From assembly GCA_900315485.1 (NCBI GenBank), contig OMZI01000025.1, forward strand, positions 1,816-65,815: a stretch of DNA of 64,000 nucleotides. Direction: 5' to 3'. The stretch's first letter is position 1. Every line of letters starts with the position of its first letter. The position numbers and the translations under genes were made by a program. Shown here piece after piece: positions 18,774-28,425 of the stretch. The notes beneath the pieces were generated by a model. It did not search any database. It worked only from the letters and a program-made list of their open reading frames with translations, and was not told the DNA's origin. Origin of the DNA: an uncultured Eubacteriales bacterium (GTDB taxonomy: Bacteria; Bacillota; Clostridia; Peptostreptococcales; Anaerovoracaceae).

Positions 18774-18966
18774 GGGCAAAATTGGTCCTGCGTGTGGCCT
18801 TGAGAAGAGTTAATCCCGCAAAATGCTGCTAAAATGGTCCTCTGTGTGGTCCTGAGATGAGGTAATCTGGCAAATGTGCTGCGGAATTGGTCCCGGGCGT
18901 GGACCTAAAGTGCAGAAGAAAAGTGAATTTGCTGCCAGATTGGTCCTGCATGTGGTCCTGAGTTGA
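18774..18966. repeat. Degenerate tandem repeat of 52-53 bp, about 3.6 copies. Each unit carries the direct repeat GGTCC(T)-N7-GG(T/A/C)CC.
   Basis: Unit anchors (GGTCC) at 18784, 18836, 18889 and 18942. The array fills the whole cbiF-cbiG intergenic gap. Confidence 0.7.
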
Positions 18967-18978
18967 AATAATAGATCC

Positions 18979-20076
18979 ATGAAGATAAAAATAATCACTT
19001 TTACTGAAAAAGGAGCGGAGCTGGCTGCCGGACTGAAGGTGGCTCTCGGCGGACATGAGACTGAGCTGTGCCTGAGGGGCAAAGCCCAGGGCGTTAGTGC
19101 GCGTGATCCGGCTGTGAGCGGTCAGGGTGCCGGTGTGCAAGAAGCTGCTGCGGGCGCTAATGGCGGTGCTGCGTCTGAAGTGCCTCTGGATGAACTCTGC
19201 AGGGAAGCTTTTGAGCAGGAGACGGCGCTCGTGTTCATAAGCGCGATGGGAATCGCGGTCAGATCAGTTGCGCCTTTTGTTAAGGACAAACTGACGGATC
19301 CGCCGGTGATAGTGATGGATGAGCTGGGACTGCATGTCATACCGGTGCTGTCGGGGCACATGGGCGGAGCGAACAGTCTGGCACTCGAGATAGCTGAAGC
19401 GACCGGGGCGGATCCGGTGATCACTACGGCGACAGATATAAATGAGGCGTTTTCAGTTGACCTGTTCGCTAAGGAGAACGGGCTCAGGATAGTGAACAGG
19501 GACGGCATCGCGAAGGTGTCGGCTTCGGCGCTTAAGGGCAAGCCGGTCACTATATCTATCAAGGACTATCCGCCGCAGGAGCCTGTGGATGTGCTGATTG
19601 CTGATGCTTTGGACGCTATGGACAAGGCTGGTGCGGATGAAGGAGCGCAGGCAGAAAGTCCTGCGGCTGAGAACCTGGCGACGATCAGGCTGTGTACGGG
19701 CAGGTATGCGGTAGGCATTGGCTGCAGGAAGGGCAAAAGTTCTGAGGAGATAAGAGAGTTTGCGGAGCGTGTTCTGGCGGAAAACGGCTTAGATGCTGCT
19801 GAGGTTGGGGCGGTCGCAACTATAGACATAAAGGCGGAGGAGCCGGGAATAAAGGCTCTGGCGGAATACTGGAAGGTGCCTCTGATCACATACGAAGCGA
19901 CACTTCTCGAGAAGGTGCAGGGAGATTTTGCCTCATCAGAATTCGTAAAGAAGACGGTCGGAGTGGACAGCGTGGCGGAGCGGTCGGCGGTGCTTGCTGC
20001 GGGGAGCGGCTCAAAGTTGATCGTACGCAAGCAGGCGGAAAACGGGATGACGATCGCGGTAGCCGAAAAGCGCTGA
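18979..20076 (+). CDS. cbiG: Cobalt-precorrin-5A hydrolase
   Basis: CbiG-like N-terminal (ALVFISAMGIAVRSVAP, VIVMDELG) and C-terminal (YAVGIGCRKG) domains. Confidence 0.85.
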   Translation: MKIKIITFTEKGAELAAGLKVALGGHETELCLRGKAQGVSARDPAVSGQGAGVQEAAAGANGGAASEVPLDELCREAFEQETALVFISAMGIAVRSVAPFVKDKLTDPPVIVMDELGLHVIPVLSGHMGGANSLALEIAEATGADPVITTATDINEAFSVDLFAKENGLRIVNRDGIAKVSASALKGKPVTISIKDYPPQEPVDVLIADALDAMDKAGADEGAQAESPAAENLATIRLCTGRYAVGIGCRKGKSSEEIREFAERVLAENGLDAAEVGAVATIDIKAEEPGIKALAEYWKVPLITYEATLLEKVQGDFASSEFVKKTVGVDSVAERSAVLAAGSGSKLIVRKQAENGMTIAVAEKR

Positions 20077-20185
20077 GCCATATATGTAATTAGAGATAAA
20101 GCAGACTGCGGACGATGAGATCAGGTAGTGTGCTGACAGATGCAGATTTAGCTGCAGATAATATGATAAAAAAGGCGGATAGAAC

Positions 20186-20932
20186 ATGATCACAGTAGTC
20201 GGAATGGGACCGGGAAAAGAAGCGATGATGACGGAGGAGGCTCTGGCGGCACTCGACAGGGCGGACGTGATCATCGGATATACGGTGTACCTAGAGCTGC
20301 TCGGGGACAGATTCGCGGGGAAAGAATATCTGTCGACGCCGATGAAGCAGGAGGTCGAGCGCTGCAGGATGTGCTTTGAGCAGGCGGCGATGGGCAAAGA
20401 GGTCGCCATGATATGCAGCGGAGACGCCGGAATATACGGTATGGCGTCTCTCATGTTCGAGCTGGGCGAGGAATACGATGCTGAGCATCCGGGCGCGTCG
20501 ATGCTGACGGATATATGCGTGATCCCAGGGATCACTGCGGCTTCGAGCGGAGCGGCAGTACTCGGGGCGCCGCTGAATCACGACTTCTGCGTGATCAGCC
20601 TGTCGGACCTTCTGACTCCGTGGGAGCTCATCGAGAAGAGACTCAGGGCTGCAGCGGACGGGGATTTTGCGATAGCCATATACAATCCGTCGAGCCGCAA
20701 GAGGCACGACTATCTGCAGAAGGCATGCGACATCCTGATGGAGAAGGCCGATCCTGAGAGGGCATGCGGCTATGTCAGGAACATCGGGCGCGACGGGACA
20801 GAGTCGCACGTGTGCACTCTGGCAGAGCTGAGAGATACACAGGTCGACATGTTCACGACTGTTTTCGTTGGTAACTCACAGAGCAGGATCATAGGAGACC
20901 GGCTCGTGACGCCTAGGGGATATAAGAAGTAA
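20186..20932 (+). CDS. cbiH: Cobalt-factor III / precorrin-3B C17-methyltransferase
   Basis: Motifs VVGMGPGKEAMMT, CSGDAGIYGMAS and VFVGNSQS. Confidence 0.9.
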   Translation: MITVVGMGPGKEAMMTEEALAALDRADVIIGYTVYLELLGDRFAGKEYLSTPMKQEVERCRMCFEQAAMGKEVAMICSGDAGIYGMASLMFELGEEYDAEHPGASMLTDICVIPGITAASSGAAVLGAPLNHDFCVISLSDLLTPWELIEKRLRAAADGDFAIAIYNPSSRKRHDYLQKACDILMEKADPERACGYVRNIGRDGTESHVCTLAELRDTQVDMFTTVFVGNSQSRIIGDRLVTPRGYKK

Positions 20933-20977
20933 GTGTGCCAGAAGGACTGTCTCCATTGACACATCTGAGGTAAAGAT

Positions 20978-23026
20978 ATGAAACCTATTATTTTTTCCGG
21001 GACAACTGAAGGAAGGACGCTCTCTGAGAAGCTGACCGCATCCGGCATCGCGCACATCGTGTGCGTGGCGACCGAGTACGGCGAGCTTGTCATGGAGCCG
21101 AGCAGGTATGCGGATGTGCGCAGGGGAAGGCTCACAGCGCTGCAGATGTATGACCTCATTAAGGATGAAGGCAGCATGGTTTTCGATGCCACTCATCCTT
21201 ATGCTGCTGAGGTATCTCACAATATTCTGACGGCGTGCAAAGCGGCGGCCAGGGAGTACGTGCGGATACTGAGACCTGAGGATGCCGCCATGATGCCTGA
21301 GGACGCCGAGCTGCATGTTTTCGGGGATGCGGCGTCATGCGCGGAGGCTCTTAAGGAGACTGAGGGAAATATCCTGCTGACTACGGGCAGTAAGGAGCTA
21401 AGTATATATGCGGCTGATGAAGGTGTGAGGAGCAGGCTCTATGCGAGGGTTCTGCCGTCACATGAGAGCATCAGCCTGTGCGAGGCGGCCGGTTTAAGCG
21501 GCAAGCAGATAATAGCGATGCAGGGCCCGTTCATCAGGGAAACTGATGCGGCGCTCATCCGCCAGTTCGATATCAAGGTGCTGGTGACCAAGGCGAGCGG
21601 CAGGGCCGGAGGAGCGCCTGACAAGATCAGGGCCGCAGCCGAGGCGGGCATCCCTGTATACCTTATAGGCAGACCGGCAGAGGAGACAGGCATCTCTGTT
21701 GCCAAGGCACTCAGACAGTATTTCGGCATAGGAAGAAGGCTGCGCCTTGATCTTGTCGGAACGGGCCCGGGAGACAGGGCGCTTCTGACCGGCGAGGCAG
21801 AGGAAGCCATCAGGAAGGCCGACATACTTTTCGGCGCCTCCCGTATGATAGAAGACTACGACGGAAGGGAAACCTATCCATATTACAGAGCTGAGGACAT
21901 CATCCCGGTCCTCGAAGAGAGGCGCCCTGAGAGAGCTGCCGTGCTCTTCTCGGGAGATACCGGGTTCTACAGCGGAGCGGCTTTGCTCACACCTAAGATC
22001 GCAGACTGGGCGTACGAAGAAGACGTCGACTGCAGGGTCGCGGTGCACCCGGGCATCTCGTCTTTTGCATACCTCGCGGCGAAGGCCGGCATCAGCTACC
22101 AGGATGCGGAGCTCATGAGCATCCACGGGAGCAGGGGCGACAGAAGTGCTGCTGCCGAACTGGCGCGCAAAGTGAGATACAGCGGCAAGACTTTTGTTTT
22201 GCTCTCCGGACCTGAAGACGTCAGACTGATGGGCAAAACGCTCGCAGGCGCGGGCCTTGGACATGTTGCGATAATCCTCGGGATGCAGCTTTCGTACCCT
22301 GAGGAGAAGGTCGGGCTCATAACCTGCGCTGACTGTGCTCAGATCACTGAGCCGGGACTGTACATCGCAGCTGTCATCAACAGGGAGTGCGAGGCAAAAC
22401 CGGCGGCACCTGTCATAGCTGACGATGAGATGATAAGAGCCAGAGTCCCGATGACCAAGGAGAGCGTAAGGCACCTCAGCGTCCTGAAGCTGGGGCTGAC
22501 CGAGGGCTCGGTGGTATACGACATCGGAAGCGGCACGGGATCGGTGGCATGCGAGATCGCACGGCTCGACCCGGCCGGCAAAGTATATGCGATAGAAATG
22601 AAGGATGAGGCCTGCGACCTCATACAGCAGAACGCGGACAACCTCGGACTTTGCAACATAGAAGTGGTAAGGGGCACGGCTCCTAAAGCTATGAGAGGAC
22701 TTGAGAGGGCGACACATGCCTTCATCGGCGGCAGCTCGGGCAACCTCAGAGAGATACTCGCACAGCTCGGCAGCAGCTGCCCTGGGATAAAGGTGGTCAT
22801 CAACGCTGTCAGTCTCGAGACGATGGCGGAGATAACCGGCGTCATCGCGGACATGGATGTAAGCAACCTGACCGTAGAACAGGTGTCTGTCAGCAGGGCG
22901 AGAGAGCTCGGAAGCTATCACCTCCTGACAGCGGAGAATCCGGTGATGATCGCGGCTTTTGACCTCGTGGGAGCGTCTGCATGCGATGACGGAACGGACG
23001 CCGTTAAGGCAGGGAGCAGAGCATGA
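20978..23026 (+). CDS. cbiJ: Triple fusion: cobalt-precorrin-6A reductase (CbiJ), cobalt-precorrin-7 C5-methyltransferase (CbiE) and cobalt-precorrin-6B C15-methyltransferase, decarboxylating (CbiT)
   Basis: One uninterrupted 682-codon frame. CbiJ N-terminus IIFSGTTEGR. CbiE motif DLVGTGPGDRALLT. CbiT SAM motif VVYDIGSGTGSVACE. Confidence 0.85.
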   Translation: MKPIIFSGTTEGRTLSEKLTASGIAHIVCVATEYGELVMEPSRYADVRRGRLTALQMYDLIKDEGSMVFDATHPYAAEVSHNILTACKAAAREYVRILRPEDAAMMPEDAELHVFGDAASCAEALKETEGNILLTTGSKELSIYAADEGVRSRLYARVLPSHESISLCEAAGLSGKQIIAMQGPFIRETDAALIRQFDIKVLVTKASGRAGGAPDKIRAAAEAGIPVYLIGRPAEETGISVAKALRQYFGIGRRLRLDLVGTGPGDRALLTGEAEEAIRKADILFGASRMIEDYDGRETYPYYRAEDIIPVLEERRPERAAVLFSGDTGFYSGAALLTPKIADWAYEEDVDCRVAVHPGISSFAYLAAKAGISYQDAELMSIHGSRGDRSAAAELARKVRYSGKTFVLLSGPEDVRLMGKTLAGAGLGHVAIILGMQLSYPEEKVGLITCADCAQITEPGLYIAAVINRECEAKPAAPVIADDEMIRARVPMTKESVRHLSVLKLGLTEGSVVYDIGSGTGSVACEIARLDPAGKVYAIEMKDEACDLIQQNADNLGLCNIEVVRGTAPKAMRGLERATHAFIGGSSGNLREILAQLGSSCPGIKVVINAVSLETMAEITGVIADMDVSNLTVEQVSVSRARELGSYHLLTAENPVMIAAFDLVGASACDDGTDAVKAGSRA

Positions 23027-24534
23027 AGTACGGACGCATCATGATGACCGCGCCGAAAAGCGGCAGCGGCAAAACGATAATAACGTGCGGACTTCTCTCA
23101 TTCCTGAAGGACAGAAGATATAATGTCCGCGCATACAAGTGCGGGCCCGACTACATAGATCCGATGTTCCACAGGCGCGTCATAGGCGTGCCGGGAGGCA
23201 ACCTCGACACTTTCTTCTCCGATGACGAAGCCATCCGCAGGCAGATCGCTGAGTCTGACTGCGACTGTGCTGTGATCGAAGGAGTGATGGGGATATACGA
23301 CGGCATCACGGGCGCCGCGGGCAGAGGATCCTGCTACGATGTCGCAAGAGCAACAGGGACACCTGCAGTGCTCGTCATAGACGTCAAGGGCATGGGCGCT
23401 ACCATGATCTCAGTCATCAAGGGCATCCTGGCAGACGATGAAGCCTGCCTCATCCGCGGCATAGTCCTGAACAGGATATCCGGAAGGTACTATGGCGAGA
23501 TCAGTCCGCAGATAGAGAGCGCGCTTGAGAAGATATCTGCAGAGAGGAGCACGGAAGTCTGCCTGCTCGGCGGGATACCTGATGTGAAGGATATAAAGCT
23601 CGAGAGCAGACACCTCGGGCTCATGATGCCTGACGAGATAGATGACCTCGAGGAGCAGGTCACCGCAGCCAGGAACCTCATTGCAGAGAACATAGATACA
23701 GTGAAGCTGCTTGAGATAATGGCTCAGGCGGAAGACTTGAACGCGCCGGCCGGGAAGGCTGACGGCACGCACGCCGGAGCCGGATCAGCCGGGCAAAACG
23801 ATGCTGAAGATACAGGAGCGCAGCTGACCCTGGCGGTCGCACGCGATGAGGCTTTCTGCTTCTACTACGAAGAGAACCTCAGGATGCTTGAGAAGTGCGG
23901 CATAAGGATAGAGGAGTTCTCGCCGGTGTACGACAGGCGGCTCCCTGAAGATGCTGACGGGATACTGCTCGGCGGCGGATATCCGGAGCTGTACGCAGAG
24001 GACCTGAGTGACAACGAAAGCATGAAGGAGTCAATCCGCGAGGCGATCAAAGGCGGCATGCCTTGCCTGGCAGAGTGCGGCGGGTTCATGTATCTCCTTG
24101 AAGAGATGACTGCTGCAGACGGAAAGACGTATCCGATGTGCGGCGTGCTCGAAGGCAGTTCTCACAATACGGGAAAGCTCGGACGATTCGGATACATCAC
24201 AGTCAGCGGGAAGAGCGATGCCGGCGACTGCGCGGGATCCCGCGGGGACGAAACCGGTTTTGCCCCTGAAGACTCGCTCCTGAGCGGCCTCAGCATAAAG
24301 GGACACGAATTCCACTACTACGACAGCGACAACAACGGGGAAGATGCTGTTGCCGTCAAGCCGGGAACAGGCAGGTCGTGGGAGTGCATGCATGCGGGCA
24401 GCACGATGCTTGCAGGCTATCCGCATCTGTATTATCCTTCATGTCCTGAGCTCATAGAGAGGCTGAAGGACAGGATGCTTGAGCACCAGAGAGCCTGCAC
24501 AGGCGCTGATGCTACGGACAAGGCAGAAAGGTAG
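23023..24534 (+). CDS. cbiA: Cobyrinate a,c-diamide synthase
   Basis: Motifs APKSGSGKT and the GATase Cys in LAECGGFMYL. ATGA overlap with the upstream gene. Confidence 0.9.
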   Translation: MKYGRIMMTAPKSGSGKTIITCGLLSFLKDRRYNVRAYKCGPDYIDPMFHRRVIGVPGGNLDTFFSDDEAIRRQIAESDCDCAVIEGVMGIYDGITGAAGRGSCYDVARATGTPAVLVIDVKGMGATMISVIKGILADDEACLIRGIVLNRISGRYYGEISPQIESALEKISAERSTEVCLLGGIPDVKDIKLESRHLGLMMPDEIDDLEEQVTAARNLIAENIDTVKLLEIMAQAEDLNAPAGKADGTHAGAGSAGQNDAEDTGAQLTLAVARDEAFCFYYEENLRMLEKCGIRIEEFSPVYDRRLPEDADGILLGGGYPELYAEDLSDNESMKESIREAIKGGMPCLAECGGFMYLLEEMTAADGKTYPMCGVLEGSSHNTGKLGRFGYITVSGKSDAGDCAGSRGDETGFAPEDSLLSGLSIKGHEFHYYDSDNNGEDAVAVKPGTGRSWECMHAGSTMLAGYPHLYYPSCPELIERLKDRMLEHQRACTGADATDKAER

Positions 24535-24543
24535 GACCGGATC

Positions 24544-24786
24544 ATGGAGAACTCGCATAAATATTTCGAGAATAGAGACTGCAAATACTACCCATGCCAC
24601 GAAGGCATTGATGAGATGAACTGTCTCTTCTGCTACTGCCCGTTGTACCATCTCGAGCACTGCCCGGGCAATCCCCGCTTTCACGAGAAGGAAGGCAGGA
24701 CTATCAAAGTCTGCACGGACTGCACATTCCCGCACAGGGCGGAGAACTACGATAAGATCATAGAACTTATCCGTGCATCCAGATAA
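24544..24786 (+). CDS. Cysteine-rich small protein (8 Cys, several His); resembles the uncharacterised Cys-rich small-domain family seen in anaerobe cob loci
   Basis: Sequence CKYYPCH, CLFCYCPLYHLEHC, CTDCTFPH. It lies 9 nt after cbiA in the same operon. Confidence 0.7.
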   Translation: MENSHKYFENRDCKYYPCHEGIDEMNCLFCYCPLYHLEHCPGNPRFHEKEGRTIKVCTDCTFPHRAENYDKIIELIRASR

Positions 24787-24890
24787 AAGATAAAAACAGG
24801 GTCAGGACTAGAGTCTGGATTTCATACCCAATATTTAAGAGCGCCGGTACTTTAGAAAAAGCAACCGGTGCGGAAAGAGAGAAAGTATTA

Positions 24891-25886
24891 ATGGAACTTA
24901 TTTCAAGACCGAGAAGACTTCGCACAACTCCCGGACTCCGCAAGATGGTCAGAGAGACCAGAGTCGATGCATCATCGCTGGTTTACCCGATGTTCGTTAT
25001 GGACGGCACAGGCAAAACGGATGAGATCAAAGCTCTTCCGGGTCAGTACAGATATACTGTAGATATGGTCGACGCCAAGATCGAAGAGATGCTCAGGGCG
25101 GGCGTAAACAGCATCATGCTGTTCGGCATTCCTGATCACAAGGACGAGATCGGCAGCCAGGCTTATGCAGAGGACGGCATCATCCAGAGAGCCGTCAGAT
25201 ACATCAAGGAGAAGTATCCTGAGATGTATGTCATCGCTGATGTATGCCTCTGCGAGTACACTTCGCACGGCCACTGCGGACTCATCTGCGAGTGCGGCGG
25301 GCACCACGACGTTGACAATGACAGCACACTCGAGCTTCTGAGCAAAACGGCAGTTTCGCAGGCTCTGGCAGGTGCCGACATGGTCGCTCCGTCAGATATG
25401 ATGGACGGAAGAGTAGGAGCTATCAGAGAGGCGCTGGACGCTAACGGACTTACCAACACTCCGATCATGTCCTACGCTGTAAAGTACGCTTCATCGTTCT
25501 ACGGCCCGTTCAGAGAGGCTGCAGGTTCTGCGCCTTCGTTCGGCGACCGCAGGAGCTATCAGATGGACTACCACAACAGAAGAGAGGGCGTCAAGGAGGC
25601 TCTCCTCGATGTTGAGGAAGGCGCTGACATCATCATGGTCAAGCCGGCAACTGCTTACCTCGATGTCATCAGAGAGGTATATGAGACTACCGATGTTCCT
25701 GTCGCTACATACAGCGTCAGCGGCGAATATGCTATGGTCAAAGCGGCTGCTGCCCAGGGCTGGATCGATGAGAAGTCGATCATGTGCGAGATGGCTGTTG
25801 CTGCGTTCAGAGCAGGCGCATCGATATATGAGACATACTATGCGAAGGAACTCGCGGAGTGCATCAAAGAAGGAAGAATAGGTTAG
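24891..25886 (+). CDS. hemB: Porphobilinogen synthase (ALA dehydratase)
   Basis: Motifs RPRRLR, Zn-type CLCEYTSHGHCG and VKPA. Confidence 0.95.
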   Translation: MELISRPRRLRTTPGLRKMVRETRVDASSLVYPMFVMDGTGKTDEIKALPGQYRYTVDMVDAKIEEMLRAGVNSIMLFGIPDHKDEIGSQAYAEDGIIQRAVRYIKEKYPEMYVIADVCLCEYTSHGHCGLICECGGHHDVDNDSTLELLSKTAVSQALAGADMVAPSDMMDGRVGAIREALDANGLTNTPIMSYAVKYASSFYGPFREAAGSAPSFGDRRSYQMDYHNRREGVKEALLDVEEGADIIMVKPATAYLDVIREVYETTDVPVATYSVSGEYAMVKAAAAQGWIDEKSIMCEMAVAAFRAGASIYETYYAKELAECIKEGRIG

Positions 25887-25931
25887 TATTATAAGTGAAT
25901 TCACTATATAAAACTCTCTATTAAGGAAATA

Positions 25932-26828
25932 ATGGAACGTAACGGAAATAGAATAGTAATAGGTAGCAGGGCGAGCAGGCTGGCAGTCATCCAGTCGGAG
26001 CTTGTAATGAAGGAGATAGGCTCCGCCTTCCCGGAGGCGGAGCTGAGCCTCGTCACCATGAAGACGACGGGCGATAAGATCCTGGATAAGACGCTGGACC
26101 AGATCGGCGGAAAAGGGCTGTTTGTCAAGGAGCTCGACGAGGCTCTGAGACGTGGCGAAGCGGATCTCACGGTGCACAGCCTGAAGGACCTCCCGATGGA
26201 TGTGCCTGAGGATATCCCGCTGGCTGCTTTTTCGGTCAGGGAGGATCCGAGGGATGTGCTCATTCTGCCGGAGGGAAAGGCGGAGCTGGACATGTCTCTC
26301 CCGGTAGGGACTTCGAGCAAGAGGCGCGCGCTTCAGATCAAAGAGCTGTATCCGGGCGCGGAGACAGCGCCGGTCCGCGGAAATGTCGAGACAAGGCTCA
26401 GGAAGCTGGATGAAGGGCAGTATTCGGCGCTGGTCATGGCGGCTGCCGGGATCATCAGGCTCGGCCTTGAGCACAGGATCAGCAGGACTTTTGAGCCTGA
26501 TGAGCTGGTGCCTGCATCATGCCAGGGCATAATGGGCATGCAGGCGAGAGCGGACGACGGCTATCTTATGGATACGGTGCTGCCGGCGATAAACTGCAGG
26601 GAGTCGGAGCTCTCGGCAGCCGCGGAGAGAAGTTTTGTCAGAACCATCGGAGCAGACTGCGGTTCGGCAGATACATCTTTTTCGTGGGTAGAAGACGGCA
26701 AAATGTATATAATAGGATTAAGATACGATGCCGAGCACGGCAGGATCATCCGCGACAGGATCAGCGGTGATCCGGAGAACGCTGCAGAACTCGGGAGGGA
26801 GCTCGCAGAGCGCCTTCTCGCGAAATAA
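25932..26828 (+). CDS. hemC: Hydroxymethylbilane synthase
   Basis: Motifs IGSRASRLAVIQS, TTGDKILD and GKGLFVKELD. Confidence 0.95.
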   Translation: MERNGNRIVIGSRASRLAVIQSELVMKEIGSAFPEAELSLVTMKTTGDKILDKTLDQIGGKGLFVKELDEALRRGEADLTVHSLKDLPMDVPEDIPLAAFSVREDPRDVLILPEGKAELDMSLPVGTSSKRRALQIKELYPGAETAPVRGNVETRLRKLDEGQYSALVMAAAGIIRLGLEHRISRTFEPDELVPASCQGIMGMQARADDGYLMDTVLPAINCRESELSAAAERSFVRTIGADCGSADTSFSWVEDGKMYIIGLRYDAEHGRIIRDRISGDPENAAELGRELAERLLAK

Positions 26829-26867
26829 ACAAAAAAGAAAAGGGCAAAGGATACATAAGTCTTACGC

Positions 26868-28403
26868 ATGGATAAGGAAAAAATAAAGCATAACAGAAAA
26901 GGCAAAGTCTGGCTTGTCGGAGCAGGCCCGGGAGACTACAGGCTCCTGACGCTGAAGGCCAGAGACGTCATAGAGGCGGCTGATGTCGTAGTGTATGACG
27001 CACTCGTCGGAAGCAGCATCCTCTCGCTCATCCCTGAAGAAGCTGAGAAGATATACGTCGGTAAGAGATCCGGCCTTCACACGATGAAGCAGAGCGAGAT
27101 CAACAAGCTGCTGCTTGAGAAGGCCCAGCAGGGCCTTAAGGTGGTCCGCCTCAAGGGCGGTGACCCGTTCGTCTTCGGACGCGGCGGCGAGGAACTTGAG
27201 CTTCTTAAGAAAAACGGGATACCGTACGAGGTCGTGCCGGGTGTCACCAGCGCTTTTGCCGTACCTGCATATGCAGGGATACCGGTGACTCACAGGGATC
27301 ACTGCTCGAGCGTGCACGTCGTTACCGGCCACAGGAGAAAGGACCACACATACGACATAGATTTTGCCGCACTTGCAGAAGCCGGCGGGACGATAGTGTT
27401 CCTGATGGGGATATCTTCGCTTCCGGTACTGATGAACGGCCTCATGGGCGGAGGCATCGATCCGGAGACTCCGGCTGCAGTCATCGAAAAGGGCACCACC
27501 GCTGCGCAGAGGATCATCTCTTCAACAGTTGAGGGGCTCGCTGAGGCAGCGAAGAAGGCCAAAGTCGTCATGCCTGCCATCATAGTTGTCGGCGAGGTCG
27601 CAGCGCTGTCTGAAGACTTCAGCTGGCTTGAAGATCTGCCGCTTGCAGGTGTAAGGGCGGTCGTGACGAGGCCGAGAGAACTGAGTTCAGGCCTTGCGAA
27701 GATGCTGAGAGAAAAGGGCGCTGAAGCGATAGAGCTCCCGACCATCAGGATCGAGGCTGCGGAGGAGAACCCTGTCATCGACGAAGCGATCAAGGGCCTC
27801 AGGAAGAGCGGCTACGAATGGGTCGTTTTCACCAGCCCGAGCGGCGTCAGGGTATTTATGGACAGACTGCTTGAGAAGTATGATCTCAGGATGCTGGCGT
27901 ACTGCAGCATAGCTGCGATAGGAAAAGGGACCGAGAGAGAGCTTCTCAAGTACGGCATCCGACCGGACATGATCCCGACCGTATATGACGGAAGGACGCT
28001 TGGCGCACAGCTTGCAGTCCTCCTCAGGAAGGGCGACAGAGTCCTCATCCCGAGGGCAAGACTCGGCAACCCTGAGCTGGTCGAAGAGCTTTCACGCGTA
28101 AGGGGAGTCCACATTGATGACGTCACCACATACGACACGAAATACGTGACACAGGAGTGGTTCGACGCAGATACGGAATTCGACGATCCTCATACATTCG
28201 CGCTTTTCACCAGCGCATCGACTGTAAGAGGATTCGTGAATGCATACAAGGGCATGAACTTCAGAAAGGTGAGAGCCGTGTGCATCGGAAAGCAGACAGC
28301 TGCTGAGGCAAAACGCTGCGGCATGGGTGTGTGCGTTTCCGACGAGGCGACACTTGAATCGCTTTGCGTGAAACTTGAAGAAGTGAGCAAAGCTGTAAAA
28401 TAA
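26868..28403 (+). CDS. cobA: Fusion of uroporphyrinogen-III C-methyltransferase and uroporphyrinogen-III synthase
   Basis: N-terminal SUMT motifs VWLVGAGPGDYRLLT and RLKGGDPFVFGRGGEE. The C-terminal 250 aa are HemD-like. Confidence 0.9.
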   Translation: MDKEKIKHNRKGKVWLVGAGPGDYRLLTLKARDVIEAADVVVYDALVGSSILSLIPEEAEKIYVGKRSGLHTMKQSEINKLLLEKAQQGLKVVRLKGGDPFVFGRGGEELELLKKNGIPYEVVPGVTSAFAVPAYAGIPVTHRDHCSSVHVVTGHRRKDHTYDIDFAALAEAGGTIVFLMGISSLPVLMNGLMGGGIDPETPAAVIEKGTTAAQRIISSTVEGLAEAAKKAKVVMPAIIVVGEVAALSEDFSWLEDLPLAGVRAVVTRPRELSSGLAKMLREKGAEAIELPTIRIEAAEENPVIDEAIKGLRKSGYEWVVFTSPSGVRVFMDRLLEKYDLRMLAYCSIAAIGKGTERELLKYGIRPDMIPTVYDGRTLGAQLAVLLRKGDRVLIPRARLGNPELVEELSRVRGVHIDDVTTYDTKYVTQEWFDADTEFDDPHTFALFTSASTVRGFVNAYKGMNFRKVRAVCIGKQTAAEAKRCGMGVCVSDEATLESLCVKLEEVSKAVK

Positions 28404-28425
28404 CCGGCAGAAAAGGACAAATACA

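Noticed and set aside
18810-19140. Minus-strand ORFs (90 and 103 aa) across the 52-bp repeat array and the start of cbiG.
   Set aside because: They are translations of repeat DNA and the antisense of cbiG. There is no start context and no motifs.
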